In this document: positions 9,783 through 35,296 of the stretch, piece by piece
Layout: each line of letters starts with the position of its first letter
Position numbering within the stretch: the stretch's first letter is position 1
Source of the DNA: Bigelowiella natans CCMP2755
Lineage: Eukaryota > Protista > Cercozoa
Assembly (NCBI GenBank): GCA_000320545.1
Contig: ADNK01001570.1
Location: 1 to 35,584, forward strand
Direction of reading: 5' to 3'
DNA: 35,584 bases
The notes under the pieces: generated by a model
The model's input: only the letters and a program-made list of their open reading frames with translations
What the model was told of the DNA's origin: nothing
Database searches by the model: none
Made by a program: the position numbers and the translations under genes

Positions 9783-10679
9783 CTCAACCGAACTCAAATT
9801 CAACTGTTTTTTTCCTAATTAGAGAAGGAAAAAAAAAACTCACCAAAACGGCGGATTACTCCGTAAAATATCGTAGTAAATAGGTCTGGACGACGTGCTC
9901 ACCTAGCAATGTAGCGCCTGGCAGGACGCGACGGATGTTCGCGACGATGATGTTGCTTTAGGAAACATTTTATCCTGAAAATATCGTAGATTAGGAAAAC
10001 TTACGGTGACCGCTCGGAAACGGCCAGAACAACACAGCCCTCCCTCTCTCGGCTACACGTCTACGAGGTCTTCTCGATCTCGCTTCAGCGTCACAGCATA
10101 ATGATAAAAAAGTACAAAACCAGCGGATTACGATCTATTCTCAATTTATAACTAAAATTATCCTTGTCGTCTATGCTAAATGACTCTCGATATGTTTCTG
10201 TGTAACCAAAACTGGAGATATTTTAGGCGAACTACGTAACTGCAATTATCTTGCTACATATATGTAGTTCCAGATATGCAGATACCTACGACTAAAATCT
10301 GGGGATTAGGATTTCTCGTGTATATAATTATACACTCACACACCCACAATTTATCGTAAAATACGGTGTTAAATTCTGACATTTGTCGAATATTAATCCT
10401 GCAAATTATGGCAGAATTACTAGCAGCCTGAAACATCTCGTCTTCCTTTGTTTGTGCTTGTGTGGACAGGTGCGACTTGGAAACAATTTGACTGGATTAT
10501 TTCCTAGATTATTCATCAGTTACAAACAAATCTGATTGTTTCGCCTTGCGTTTCGTGTCTCTTGTTGTTTCATGTTGGGTATACATGCATGTAGTTCAAT
10601 GGTTCGCCCGAGCGACCACCTGATGATCGCCTGATGATCGTTGGTCAGAGGATCAAGTAGAGAAGCGGAGCCGTGAATC

Positions 10680-25035
<14,356 letters not shown>

Positions 25036-25289
25036 GATGAAAAAATAATGAAATTGCAATTTTAGTTTCTCGGTCACCTGTATCTAATGTAGATGTAGCT
25101 TAATATTAAGTTTTTATTATTAGCAAGAACAGATGAAGATCTACACGTTTTTCATGTTGGAAAAACTGTTTAAGTAATGAATTAGACATCCATTTTAGTC
25201 CAGGTGTCATTGATGTACAGTGGAAATTGTCGAAATAAAAAATTTCTACATCTTAAGATATTCATGCAGATGTCTACATTTTTTTTACG

Positions 25290-25810
25290 ATGCGCGCTGC
25301 ATTTTTGCTAGCTTATAGAAACAATGGGCACAGCTACGTGTGATGCACGCACATGCACACATACAGTCTATTTCGCAAGTTTGCGAAGCCCCGCACTCGC
25401 ACCATCTATATAGCCATCCACTCAGTCTAGCAGTGCATTATGTGCACACCACATGCTAGCTCAGCATGCTGCATTAGCTGCGTGTCCATGCACATGCAAT
25501 AATCATGCATGCGATGTGAACGCTCGCAGGTTCATGCGAAAGGTCTAGTGCAGGCTGACGAACAAACAATGCATAGACACCACGCTAGCACGCTAGCATG
25601 TGTAAGAATACATGGCATTTTGCACCTCTAGAGACGCATGCATGGCTAGATAGCCGCAAAGCATTGCATGTGTGTCCCGACTAGCCAAACCCGCCCAAAC
25701 ACATCATCTCGACATCGCTTGTAGCCTTCATCTTGAATCTAGCATCAGTACGTTCTGCAATAGCCTACGCACACTACGCATCACATCTAGAATTGGCGAC
25801 TGCGTGAATG
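25290..25810. other. Intergenic CA/TG/CTAG-rich island, probably a hypermutated repeat remnant
   Basis: Non-coding stretch between two convergent genes. Dense in GCAT/ATGC/CACA/TGTG and CTAG, compositionally like 4030-4640 and unlike its AT-rich flanks. Confidence 0.45.
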
Positions 25811-25983
25811 TATATCAATGACATTCTTTGATTCCATTATGCCATAAAAATGCGTATTGTTTTATTGTCTCGTAGGTATCACAATATTGTACTAGTATGC
25901 CTATATTTAGCCGTCATAGATCTATTCTTAATACGTACTGATGTTGGCCACCATACTATCATGATGACTCAAGTAATATTCAA

Positions 25984-26381
25984 TTACTTCCCTAATATCT
26001 CATATAATGCAATCCTGAAGCTGCCGCCTAACATCTGGTCGCTGATAACGTCAACAAGATAAACAAGATCACGACAACAAACCAGCAACATTTTGTTATT
26101 ATCTGTACAGCATCCTGGCATTATTATTCAAGAAATATGAAGGTGGATGGACGCATCTTCGTAAAAATAAGTGATGAGTCGAGTGCAGCAATTATATACA
26201 GCAACTATGCAATTTAGTACTTATGGTGCATAATGGCCACCATCACCACCCAATCATAATCATCATCATCATCATCATCACATTGATAATAGTAGTAGTA
26301 TACCTTTTGTCATTGCAATTTGCTAAGGGGGCAGGACCGTGTTTGCCGTACTTATTTCCACAACAACACCTATGGAAGGAG

Positions 26382-26415
<34 letters not shown>

Positions 26416-26501
26416 AACATGTGGAAGGAGGAGGAGGCTGCTCAAAGCATTCATAACGTCTTATATTGGATGAAGGATGTGTCTTTTCTTTACTACTACC
26501 A

Positions 26502-26533
<32 letters not shown>

Positions 26534-26643
26534 GCTGCTGTTAAATATCTACCAGCTTCCTCCCTCAAGGCCAAAATATAAAAACCCTTTGCAAGCTTCC
26601 ATGCACGTCTCCTTCGTGAAGCTATTGTAGTATATATTCATTG

Positions 26644-26674
<31 letters not shown>

Positions 26675-26855
26675 TATATTCAGACGCAGAGGGGAGACAG
26701 AGTAGTAGTAGTGCAGCAATACTCACTGTTAACCTCATTGGTAAATCTAAGCAAAGGTCTTTATGACAAACGACTACGACGATGATGATAAGGCCGTTTT
26801 ATGTTCATTGAAGTCCCTCTTTGCCCCTTACATGACCGATTCCTCAAAAATCATC

Positions 26856-26895
<40 letters not shown>

Positions 26896-27139
26896 CACAC
26901 ACAAACACGCACGTACCCCCATTTTCTTGGTCCTGAAGGCAAATCTCTATCCCACTGCAAAATGTGGTGGTGGTGATGATGATGACGATGATGGTGTTAT
27001 TGTGACGTGACAGCAATATAGAAACATAATAGTGGGGAGGATGAGAATGATAAAGATGAAGACGAAGAATTAACTCTAGTAGTTATAGTGATTTCAATAG
27101 CATTCACTAGCAGAAGAATATATATTTATATTAATAATT

Positions 27140-27178
<39 letters not shown>

Positions 27179-27250
27179 ATCTTATTGAAAGCAGTAGCAT
27201 AGTAATAATACCTTATCGATATAACAGCCTTTGAACTTGTACTTATCGCT
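25984..27250 (-). other. WSC domain split over five exons
   Basis: Spliced translation YKFKGCYIDKWDRDLPSGPRKWGFTKETCMEACKGFLYFGLEGGSWCCCGNKYGKHGPAPLANCNDKSDQMLGGSFRIALY matches the WSC pattern (GCY.D, C...C..Y.G...G..C.CG, C, GG...Y). The last Cys pair is absent. Confidence 0.85.
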
Positions 27251-27597
27251 TGAATATTTCTTAACATCAGCACTTGACACTGCTGTTTTGGCAGAGGCAG
27301 GTGATGATGGAGATGATGATGACGATGCTCGGTCTTCCTCTTCCTCTTTCAATATTTCCTTCGTAACTAATGACAAACGATATTATAAACATATATATAA
27401 TGAGAAGACACGACTGGTATTTGGGTAGTCAACTTCTCCTTCCCCTCCTCCTCCTCTCTACAACTCTTACATAGATTAATAAACGATATTTGTGTATACT
27501 AATACAATGAAATGGTAGTGTAATAGCTTATTTCCCCCCTCCTCCCCCCCATTTCTTTTCTTGCTCTTGTGCTTTTTCTTGTTGTTTTTGGTAATCG

Positions 27598-27631
<34 letters not shown>

Positions 27632-27764
27632 ACGGTTTGCACGGCGGATGAAGAAGAATTCTTTTTGAGTCTTTCCTTTACCACTCTTGCTACTTGGCCC
27701 TAGCCTGATAATGAATGGTAATAATGATCAAGATAATTATGATGATGCTGCTTGCTGAACCCAT

Positions 27765-27800
<36 letters not shown>

Positions 27801-29360
27801 CGCTACTACTACTACAACAACTTACACATAGCCTGAGTATTTGCCAGAGATTAGTGTTACGTGAGAGCCAAGGCCACTCTGCTGCTCTACTTTCCACCTA
27901 ATAAATGTAGAACAACAACAACAACGACAAGAAGAAGAAGAAGAAGAAGAAGAAGAAGAAGCAGAAAACAACAAACGAATTGGAGAGAATCATCATCATC
28001 ATCATCATCATCATCAACAACAGCAACAACTTGTTTCTCTTTTATCATTAGATTCCTTCTGCTTTCATAATGAGGATGATGATGATGCTTTCTCCTCTTC
28101 TTTTTGTTGTTGTTGTTCTTCTTCTTCATTTACTACTACTAGTACTGGTAGTACTGCTACTAGTACTGCTAGTACTGCTACTAGTACTGGTAGTACTGCT
28201 ACTAGTACTACATGCTGTTTTCCTTTGCCTTTACAAGGCCCACATGCGTAGTGCCTCCAACGTCCGTGACAGTACTCAAGTACATTCCATTGGTTTCGTC
28301 TCTCTGATAGTAGTAAGCAAGTAGGTTTGAGAGAGATATCATACATGCATGCATGCGTGCATACATCATCACAGTAGCTCTAACATTACAGCTACAAGCT
28401 TTTTCTACTTCTCATTCTTCCTCTTCTTCTTCTTCACACACACACACAATAGTGCTACTACTGATAATTTGTCCAGCAATAACTAGGCAAGTAGCAGAAG
28501 GTATCTGTCTATCACCCTTCTATCTGTGCTCTTTCTTTTGGTAATAGTGATATAAATGACTAATAACAAAGCAGTATCTGTTTTGTACCGGGCATGTGTA
28601 TTGGATGTTGTATTGTCGGAAATTTGCTCCCCTATCCCCTTGCCTGTGGTGAGTGTTTGTCGTGTATTAGAGTAGTATGCACATAATGATGAGTTAGAAG
28701 TAGTTAGGAACACTGTTGTATATATGATGTTGTGCGCGCGCGCGCGTGTGTGTGTGTGTATAACGACTGACTGGCGCATACGTCACCTATGCATCTTAAA
28801 GCAGGATTCCTTGGCTGTCTTCATATTCTAAAGGGAATATACGTATATATATAAGCAGTAGCGTTTGGGTGAAAAGAGGTAGGAATGTTGATATATATCT
28901 CCATGATTGTTGGGAAGGAATTACTTCAGCTGTACTAGGGGGGGAAAGACTTTTCAAGGTTTTTGTATTTAGTCAAACAACTCACCATTACGCTGGCTAA
29001 TGTTCTAAGTTTTATTATTAGGATTATCTTTGTATGTATTGCCTCCTCCTCCTCCTCCTCCTCCACGTCCTCCTATCCATCTATCTATCTATCTATCCAT
29101 GACCTTGATGACTCTACAAATGCCATTTCCACCACACGTTAAGAAACCCTTGACCGACTCGTGAAAGACAGCATACCTATTTAGCATGATGATGATGGTG
29201 ATGATCGACTATTCTCATGTGATGATGAAATGCCGTTGGAGATTTGCTACTATCATCACTATCATCACTATCATCATCATCATCATCATCATTATCATCG
29301 TTATCATGATGCGAATTCATTCACACAAGGAAGACTGCTCTCCTGAAACACGCTGTTGTG

Positions 29361-29393
<33 letters not shown>

Positions 29394-29567
29394 TTGCATA
29401 CTCGTATTTTTTAGATGGAATAGAATCTGCCACCTAAATAATGCACAGCACTCATCATGAGCCGAGTAGTAGTATAGTAGTGATACTATCACCCAAATGA
29501 AGCAACAGTGGATATTCCGAAAAAAATGTTATCATATTCTAACAATACGACAACTATGACAACGATA

Positions 29568-29602
<35 letters not shown>

Positions 29603-31081
29603 AGTAATGATGGTGGTGATAAATGGCATTGAATGCGTCTTCTTTAACACAACTGGTACTAGGCTGTACAAGCTTGGATCATTTCTTCACCAAATGGTAG
29701 GAACTCTTCTTCTTCTTCTTCTTCTTCTTATCATAAAGGTTGATTCTCCCCTAGTCATATCTATCACTATTACTACTACAATATCATCATAAACAAGAAC
29801 CATAGCGAAGGTAAATGACGAATGCCTGATAACAAGCAATTAGGAAGAAGAAGAAGAAGGAAGTCAATAGTAGTAGCAGTAAGTAGACAACATGGCACAG
29901 ACACCAAACACACGACAACGCCGTCTCAATAAGCAGTACCTCATCCTCATCACCTTGTTGCGAGTGATATGCCACTATAGCAATATCGATGATGATGATG
30001 ATGATGATGGTGATGATTATGATGTGTATATACATCTATAAATACCACTAATAGGAATATTACATCGTCTCTCTGTCCTCACTGTCAGCGTGGAGAACCA
30101 ACACACTGGATCTAAGGGGGGGGGAGGGGGGGGGGCGATGTTGTTGTTGGTGGTAGTGAAATGCCCAGCAGCAGCATACGGATAGATGATAACAACACAG
30201 CATATAACAGTATTCATGAATGGAGTCATCACCACCCACCGTCTCATCAGCAACATCATCATTACTCACTTCCGATTCAACACAAGAAAATAAACGAATA
30301 AATCATATACTCATCACAATGATGAACGTTGTCGTTTTGTTGTTATTACTTACTTACTTACTTACTTACAACTGTTACTAATGTTATCTATACCCTGTCT
30401 TTTTATGGACACCTATCCAATGATCCTTGAAAAAGGAAGAAAAACAAACAACAATGGTAGGATAGGAGTGATGATATTTGACAGCAGAAGAAAGCTGTAG
30501 TACATCGTGCTATGATGTCGTAGAAAAGAAGGATAAGAAGAGTATCAAGATGATGATGATAAGAGCACGTGATAATACAACTACTACTATTTCTCCCAAA
30601 TAGAGAGATATCTACTCTCTGATCATTGTTGTTTGTTTGTTTGTTTGTTTGTTTGGTGGTTGGTTGGTTAGATGTTAGAGGGAGATATCACTTTTCCAGG
30701 TCCGTCTAAGTAACACTGCAGCTTCTCTCCTTCTGCATCCTTTTAATGATGATAGGATAGGATAGGATAGGATAGGATAGAATAGATAGACGATACAAGA
30801 AGGAGGCATCAGAGAGAAAGTGATGATCAAGAGTTGGTGAAGAGGAAATAATATATGAATCATCATCATCATCATCATCATCGTCATCATCGTCATCATC
30901 ATCATCATCGGTATGCCATTCCCTAACAAAAACCGTTGACCAATAAAAACAACAACATCATCATCGTCGTCGTATTGTGGTTGCAGCCGTTTAAATAGCA
31001 CCACCTTGTATAATCTCCAAGGAGAGGCATCTGTTTTGTTGTCAAACAGCTTCACCCTACAAGATTTAGGAGAAGATCATA

Positions 31082-31116
<35 letters not shown>

Positions 31117-31726
31117 ATTGATGTTGATGATAGTAGTAGTAGTAGTAGTAGTAGTAGTAGCTATTGTCTATTTTCATCCTCATCATCCTCATAATGACGG
31201 ATAGATAGCACCAGATATGAGATGTAATACTCTTTCTGTTTTGGTCTTTACAATTATAAATACTTTTGTTTGTTTCTTTCACCGATCAATCCTTCGATCT
31301 TTCTCTCTCACCATCCATTATACTACTTGTACATACTACTATTAGTACTACTACTACTACTACCTGAGAGCTCTTTTGTAAGGCTGCTTATCCTTGGACA
31401 TGTCGTACGAGAGCCACTTCATATAGTTCTTCCCAGGGCAAACATACTGCAACGAGCAATAATGAGCAAATGATGATGAACATGACTTTAATAACAATAA
31501 TGATGATGATGATGATAATGATAGCGATGATGAAGAGAGAAAGGGGGACAACAACATTTCTCAAGTGACGATATTGTGTACACAATTGTTATTAGTTACG
31601 TACAGCAATATAGAAGACTCGAGAGTGTGTGAGGCCTCCCTGATCATCCATATCGTCCAACACCTAAGCAGCAGCAGCAGGGAAGAGGTGTCAGAACAAT
31701 TAAAACGTACAAATGTATAATATACA

Positions 31727-31769
<43 letters not shown>

Positions 31770-31779
31770 TATTAAGGCG

Positions 31780-31812
<33 letters not shown>

Positions 31813-33188
31813 GTACTACCTCTGCTGCGGCAAAGCATGAGTTTTTGACGGCAGTAGAAGACATTTCAACCTGTTCGCAATAAAGTGGTTGTGCTTTGAT
31901 GTTACTACTGCAAACGCTGAAAATACATAGAGTGTGGATTTATGACGATGAGGTGATGATGGCTTGAACCTATCCATCCAAGTTGTTGAAATTGTTGTAT
32001 ATTTATGTTTTTTTTTTTTATGGTAGTGCTTCACGTATTAGTCTTGATTTATCCTGATGGTTTTACAACAAAAACAACAACAACAACTTCTACTACTACT
32101 ACTACTAGTAGTAGTAGTAGTAGTATTTGTACCTCGGAGCAGTATTGATCATCCCCGCAAACGAGGAGAGACTTCCTTCTATGTGACAGTATACTGTATG
32201 CCAAGCCTGGCGTGATGGGGTCCTCTCCTAAGAACATCATAATCATCCCCATCATTTATTTATTTACACACAGTGTTCTGTCGTTTCTATGCATCGAGGA
32301 GTTCGGTTCTACTTGCAGCAGCAGCAACATCAATACCAAAAACTATCAACAGAAACTACTTACCAAGACCAACACCGAGATAATTAGCAACAGGAAGGTG
32401 AAGTCCATGCTTTTTCGTCAATTGAGCCCCTGACCGATGGGAATATAATAATAATGAAGATTATGGTGGTGGTGGGATTGATGATGATGATGATGATAAT
32501 GATGATGATGAGGGTGCAAACAAAGATCCATTCTAGCATAGCTCTACCACCACCACTACTACTACTACTCTACTACTACTATTACTGCTACTAGCACTAG
32601 TAAATATAATAATAATATTAATAACAAACAATATTAATACCACCTTTGTAAACAACGAGAAACCAGCCTAAAGCAACCACTACCAGCCAGACGTTCACTA
32701 CATAACATAGCAGCACAAGCAGAAGGAGCAGAATAGTATTTCCATATTAGTGATGATGGTCAAAGGATATGGAAGGACAAGCAGTGCAATCTTTACTACG
32801 ATGACAAAATCAGAGAAATTGTATGTTTGCAGTAGTGGGTAGCTGAGAATATAGTAGTACTGTGGATGATATACGTAAATAGTGCACGGCAGCTCTACCG
32901 AAGCATACCAACCAAATTCAGGTTACACTCCATCGACGTACATTTTATATGATGACAATATAGTCTATTTCTCTTTCTCTCTCCTCTCTTGATGACAAGA
33001 TTGCAAATATTTATGTGGAGAGTATACGGTACATCGCCCTCATAGTTATGGTAGTAGTAGGTGACCATTGCTCAAAGTTGAAGACGACGATGAGGCTGAT
33101 TGAGAAGTGCTTGTGGAACTTGCTGTCCTAGGGGAAACCACGCTACTTGCTCCCTGATGCACGCATGGTGAAGTAGTGAGAGACGAAG

Positions 33189-33233
<45 letters not shown>

Positions 33234-33485
33234 AATAGTAAAAGCAACAAAGCAAAATTCAGTGAGTGATGGGGGAAGGAGAATTCAAACAATAGCTCGT
33301 CGTTCCCTATCACCGATATAGTATGATTATTGACTGTGAATCTTAGTAATGAATGTATTTCTGGGTATGGTCGCTTTACTCCCCTCCCTATTTGATAGCA
33401 AACACTATTGCTAACAGGAAGTTACCGACGACGCCTTTCCTTCAGCAGGTTTAGAATGAGAGGAATTGGCGCCATCATCCCGAGG
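25984..33485 (-). CDS. Micro-exon gene: two tandem beta-trefoil-like Cys-containing repeats plus a C-terminal WSC carbohydrate-binding domain; 5' end unresolved
   Basis: Hand-built exon chain in transcript order: 33426-33485, 33066-33153, 32644-32667, 32364-32429, 32133-32227, 31820-31870, 31604-31663, 31364-31446, 31005-31056, 30692-30739, 30394-30425, 30064-30111, 29954-29974, 29801-29825, 29691-29750, 29402-29433, 29104-29176, 28787-28827, 28589-28643, 28212-28303, 27826-27897, 27634-27704, 27212-27366, 26917-26954, 26553-26621, 26304-26369, 25984-26041 (1635 nt, open to TAA). The WSC part is confident. Exons at 29691-30111 and above 32640 are tentative. Confidence 0.7.
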
Positions 33486-33690
33486 CTAAAGTAACACACA
33501 TCCAAGAGTGACTATTTAGTGTTCCCTCTTCCAAGACCCGAAAATTAAGTGACGTCAGAAGGAACGAATACATCCCGCATCTTCCCCGAGTATTACTCTG
33601 CTTCTACAACTACTCCTCCTCCTCCTCCTCCTCCTCTTCCTCCTCCTCCTCTTCCTACTACTACTACTACTGCTGCTACTACTACTGCAC
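26240..33690. repeat. Dense field of tri- and tetranucleotide microsatellites (TAC, CAT/GAT, AGA, CCT, GTTT) plus GATAG and dinucleotide tracts in introns
   Basis: Most introns of the minus-strand gene carry one or more tracts, e.g. 27601-27630, 27767-27815, 29566-29600, 30755-30785, 31081-31160, 33193-33230. Confidence 0.95.
28131..28211. repeat. 9-bp quasi-palindromic minisatellite (TAGTACTGS / TAGTACTAC variants) in an intron
   Basis: ctagtactggtagtactgctactagtactgctagtactgctactagtactggtagtactgctactagtactac. Confidence 0.8.
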
Positions 33691-34373
33691 CTTATTCCGC
33701 TTGAGCATTACTCCTTACCGTATTGTGTCGATAGCAGGTAAATCGATCTACGCGTGGTTGAGTAGCGGCGTGTGCTGTTGTTGGCGTTCGTCGATGTTGA
33801 GTTGAACTCTCTAACTCAATGTTTGAGTTGTCGCATGGGTCTAATTCATGCCATTTCGCACAAAATGTAGATTGATATCGAATCTGGTCAGACGCACAAG
33901 CAACATTCTCGAAAACAGAAAAGAACACGTGCTGATTTCAATTGGCGGCAGCCTGATGTCAACAATTTTTGAGTTGATCCACCGGCATTGAGAATCCTTT
34001 CTTTCTTCGTCGCAGGGAACCAATTACCTGCATTGCTTCTCCCCCAACTTCGGTTCCGTTTGTGAACGGAGATACGTTTTGTTTTGTCAATGCGACAATC
34101 TTGATTGTGTGTCGTAGTCTGGAACCATGTCGATGCTAAGCATAGCGCGTCTACTCCTACTAGATCTACTAGATCTACTCCTCCTCCTCTCTGAATAATA
34201 ACTCAAAACGTTGCCTGATGGTGCTGCTGGTGGTGGTTACGAATACGTGGAGGAAAACATAAATCGCACAGCTCACGCAATCTTTCTTACCCGCAAATAC
34301 GCGACTGTCGTCCCCCCCAACATTGCCATTTTCCACCACCATGGGTCACAATAATTCAAGAAAAAGTGAGCCA

Positions 34374-35296
34374 ATGTCTGAAATCTACAAAGAAGCAGCA
34401 AAGAACAACGATCTCGCTTGTCTGAAGCGTTTAATTCAGTAAAAGGCAAGCATCGAGGCGAAGAACAATGAAGGTGGGTAGCAGCTGCAGTATTGCTAGC
34501 GTTTAGACAGTATTTGCAGTGTTGGGTGGGTGATGGTTATTGTTGTTGGTAGCAGTAGTGATAGTGGTATTAGTAATAGTTTTAAGTAGTGAGTATAAGG
34601 AGCAGTAGTTGTATCAGTGTTTGGTAGTGAGTAGCAGAGACTGGAAAACTGAGCATTGATATTAGTAGAGGTAGTAATATTAGTTTTACAAAAAATACTT
34701 AGAGGTTAGTTTGAGGATGGTTGTTGACATTGTATACATGTGTCATTGTTGTTTTGGCGTCTAAAATGGGGTCGCGTACCACCAGGTCAAACACCGTTGT
34801 TTTTTGGTATTTACCATGGCCATTTGGAGATCGTCAAGTACCTGGTTGGTATGAAGGCAAACATTGAGGCGAAGAATTATAAAGGTGGGTAGCAGCTGCA
34901 GTAATGCTAGCGTTTAGACAGTATTTGCAGTGTTGGGTGGGTGATGGTTATTGTTGTTGGTAGCAGTAGTGATAGTGGTATTAGTAACAGTTTTGAGTAG
35001 TGAGTACAAGGAGCAGTAGTTGTATCAGTATTTGGTAGTGAGTAGCAGAGACTGGAAAACTGAGCATTGATATTAGTAGAGGTAGTAATATTAGTTTTAC
35101 AAAAAATACTTAGAGCTTAGTTTGAGGATGGTTGTTGACATTGTATACATGTGTCATTGTTGTTTTGTGAGTCTAAAATGGGGTCGCGCACCACCAGGTC
35201 AAACACCGTTGTTTTTTGGTACTACCTTTGGCCATTTCGAGATCGTCAAGTACCTGGTTGGTATGAAGGCAAACATCGAGGCGAAGAATTATAAAG
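34374..35296 (+). pseudogene. Ankyrin-repeat gene, one repeat per 99-nt exon; in-frame TAA in exon 1; probably continues beyond the window
   Basis: Exon 34374-34473 reads MSEIYKEAAKNNDLACLKRLIQ*KASIEAKNNE. Exon 34786-34884 reads GQTPLFFGIYHGHLEIVKYLVGMKANIEAKNYK. Exon 35198-35296 reads GQTPLFFGTTFGHFEIVKYLVGMKANIEAKNYK. All introns are phase 1 (AAG|GTGGGT...CCACCAG|GT). The TAA is at 34440-34442. Confidence 0.8.

Larger units (their letters stand above)
4030..9805 (+). mobile_element. Non-LTR retrotransposon (LINE, APE-type), apparently full length
   Basis: Two long, intronless, A-rich, overlapping ORFs (ORF1; ORF2 with APE+RT+CCHC) in an otherwise intron-dense region. Ends are approximate, inferred from the compositional change near 4030, an AACTC-repetitive tail at 9781-9805 and a possible 8-bp TSD ATTCAACT (4024-4031, 9798-9805). 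An A-run at 9829-9838 is an alternative 3' end. Confidence 0.9.

Noticed and set aside
26727-26746. 20-nt candidate exon with a perfect GTGAGT donor on the minus strand
   Set aside because: The flanking exons 26917-26954 and 26553-26621 already join in phase into a complete WSC motif. Inclusion shifts the frame.
32091-32125. Perfect hairpin (TAC)n-TAGTA-(GTA)n as a structured RNA or MITE
   Set aside because: It is just the junction of a microsatellite with its own complement, which is common in this window.
32364-32408. Signal-peptide-like MDFTFLLLIISVLVL as start of the minus-strand gene
   Set aside because: That frame splices into the wrong phase and hits a stop in exon 31364-31446. The alternative frame preserves the duplicated domain.
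25850-33255. Numerous 60-120-aa ORFs rich in poly-I/M/L/Y/H/S
   Set aside because: They are translations of intronic microsatellites; some minus-strand ones merely include a true micro-exon.
34440-34442. Alternative genetic code (TAA = Gln)
   Set aside because: Other genes here terminate at TAA/TAG (3906, 6091, 25035, 25984), and no other internal TAA/TAG is needed in over 5000 modelled codons.
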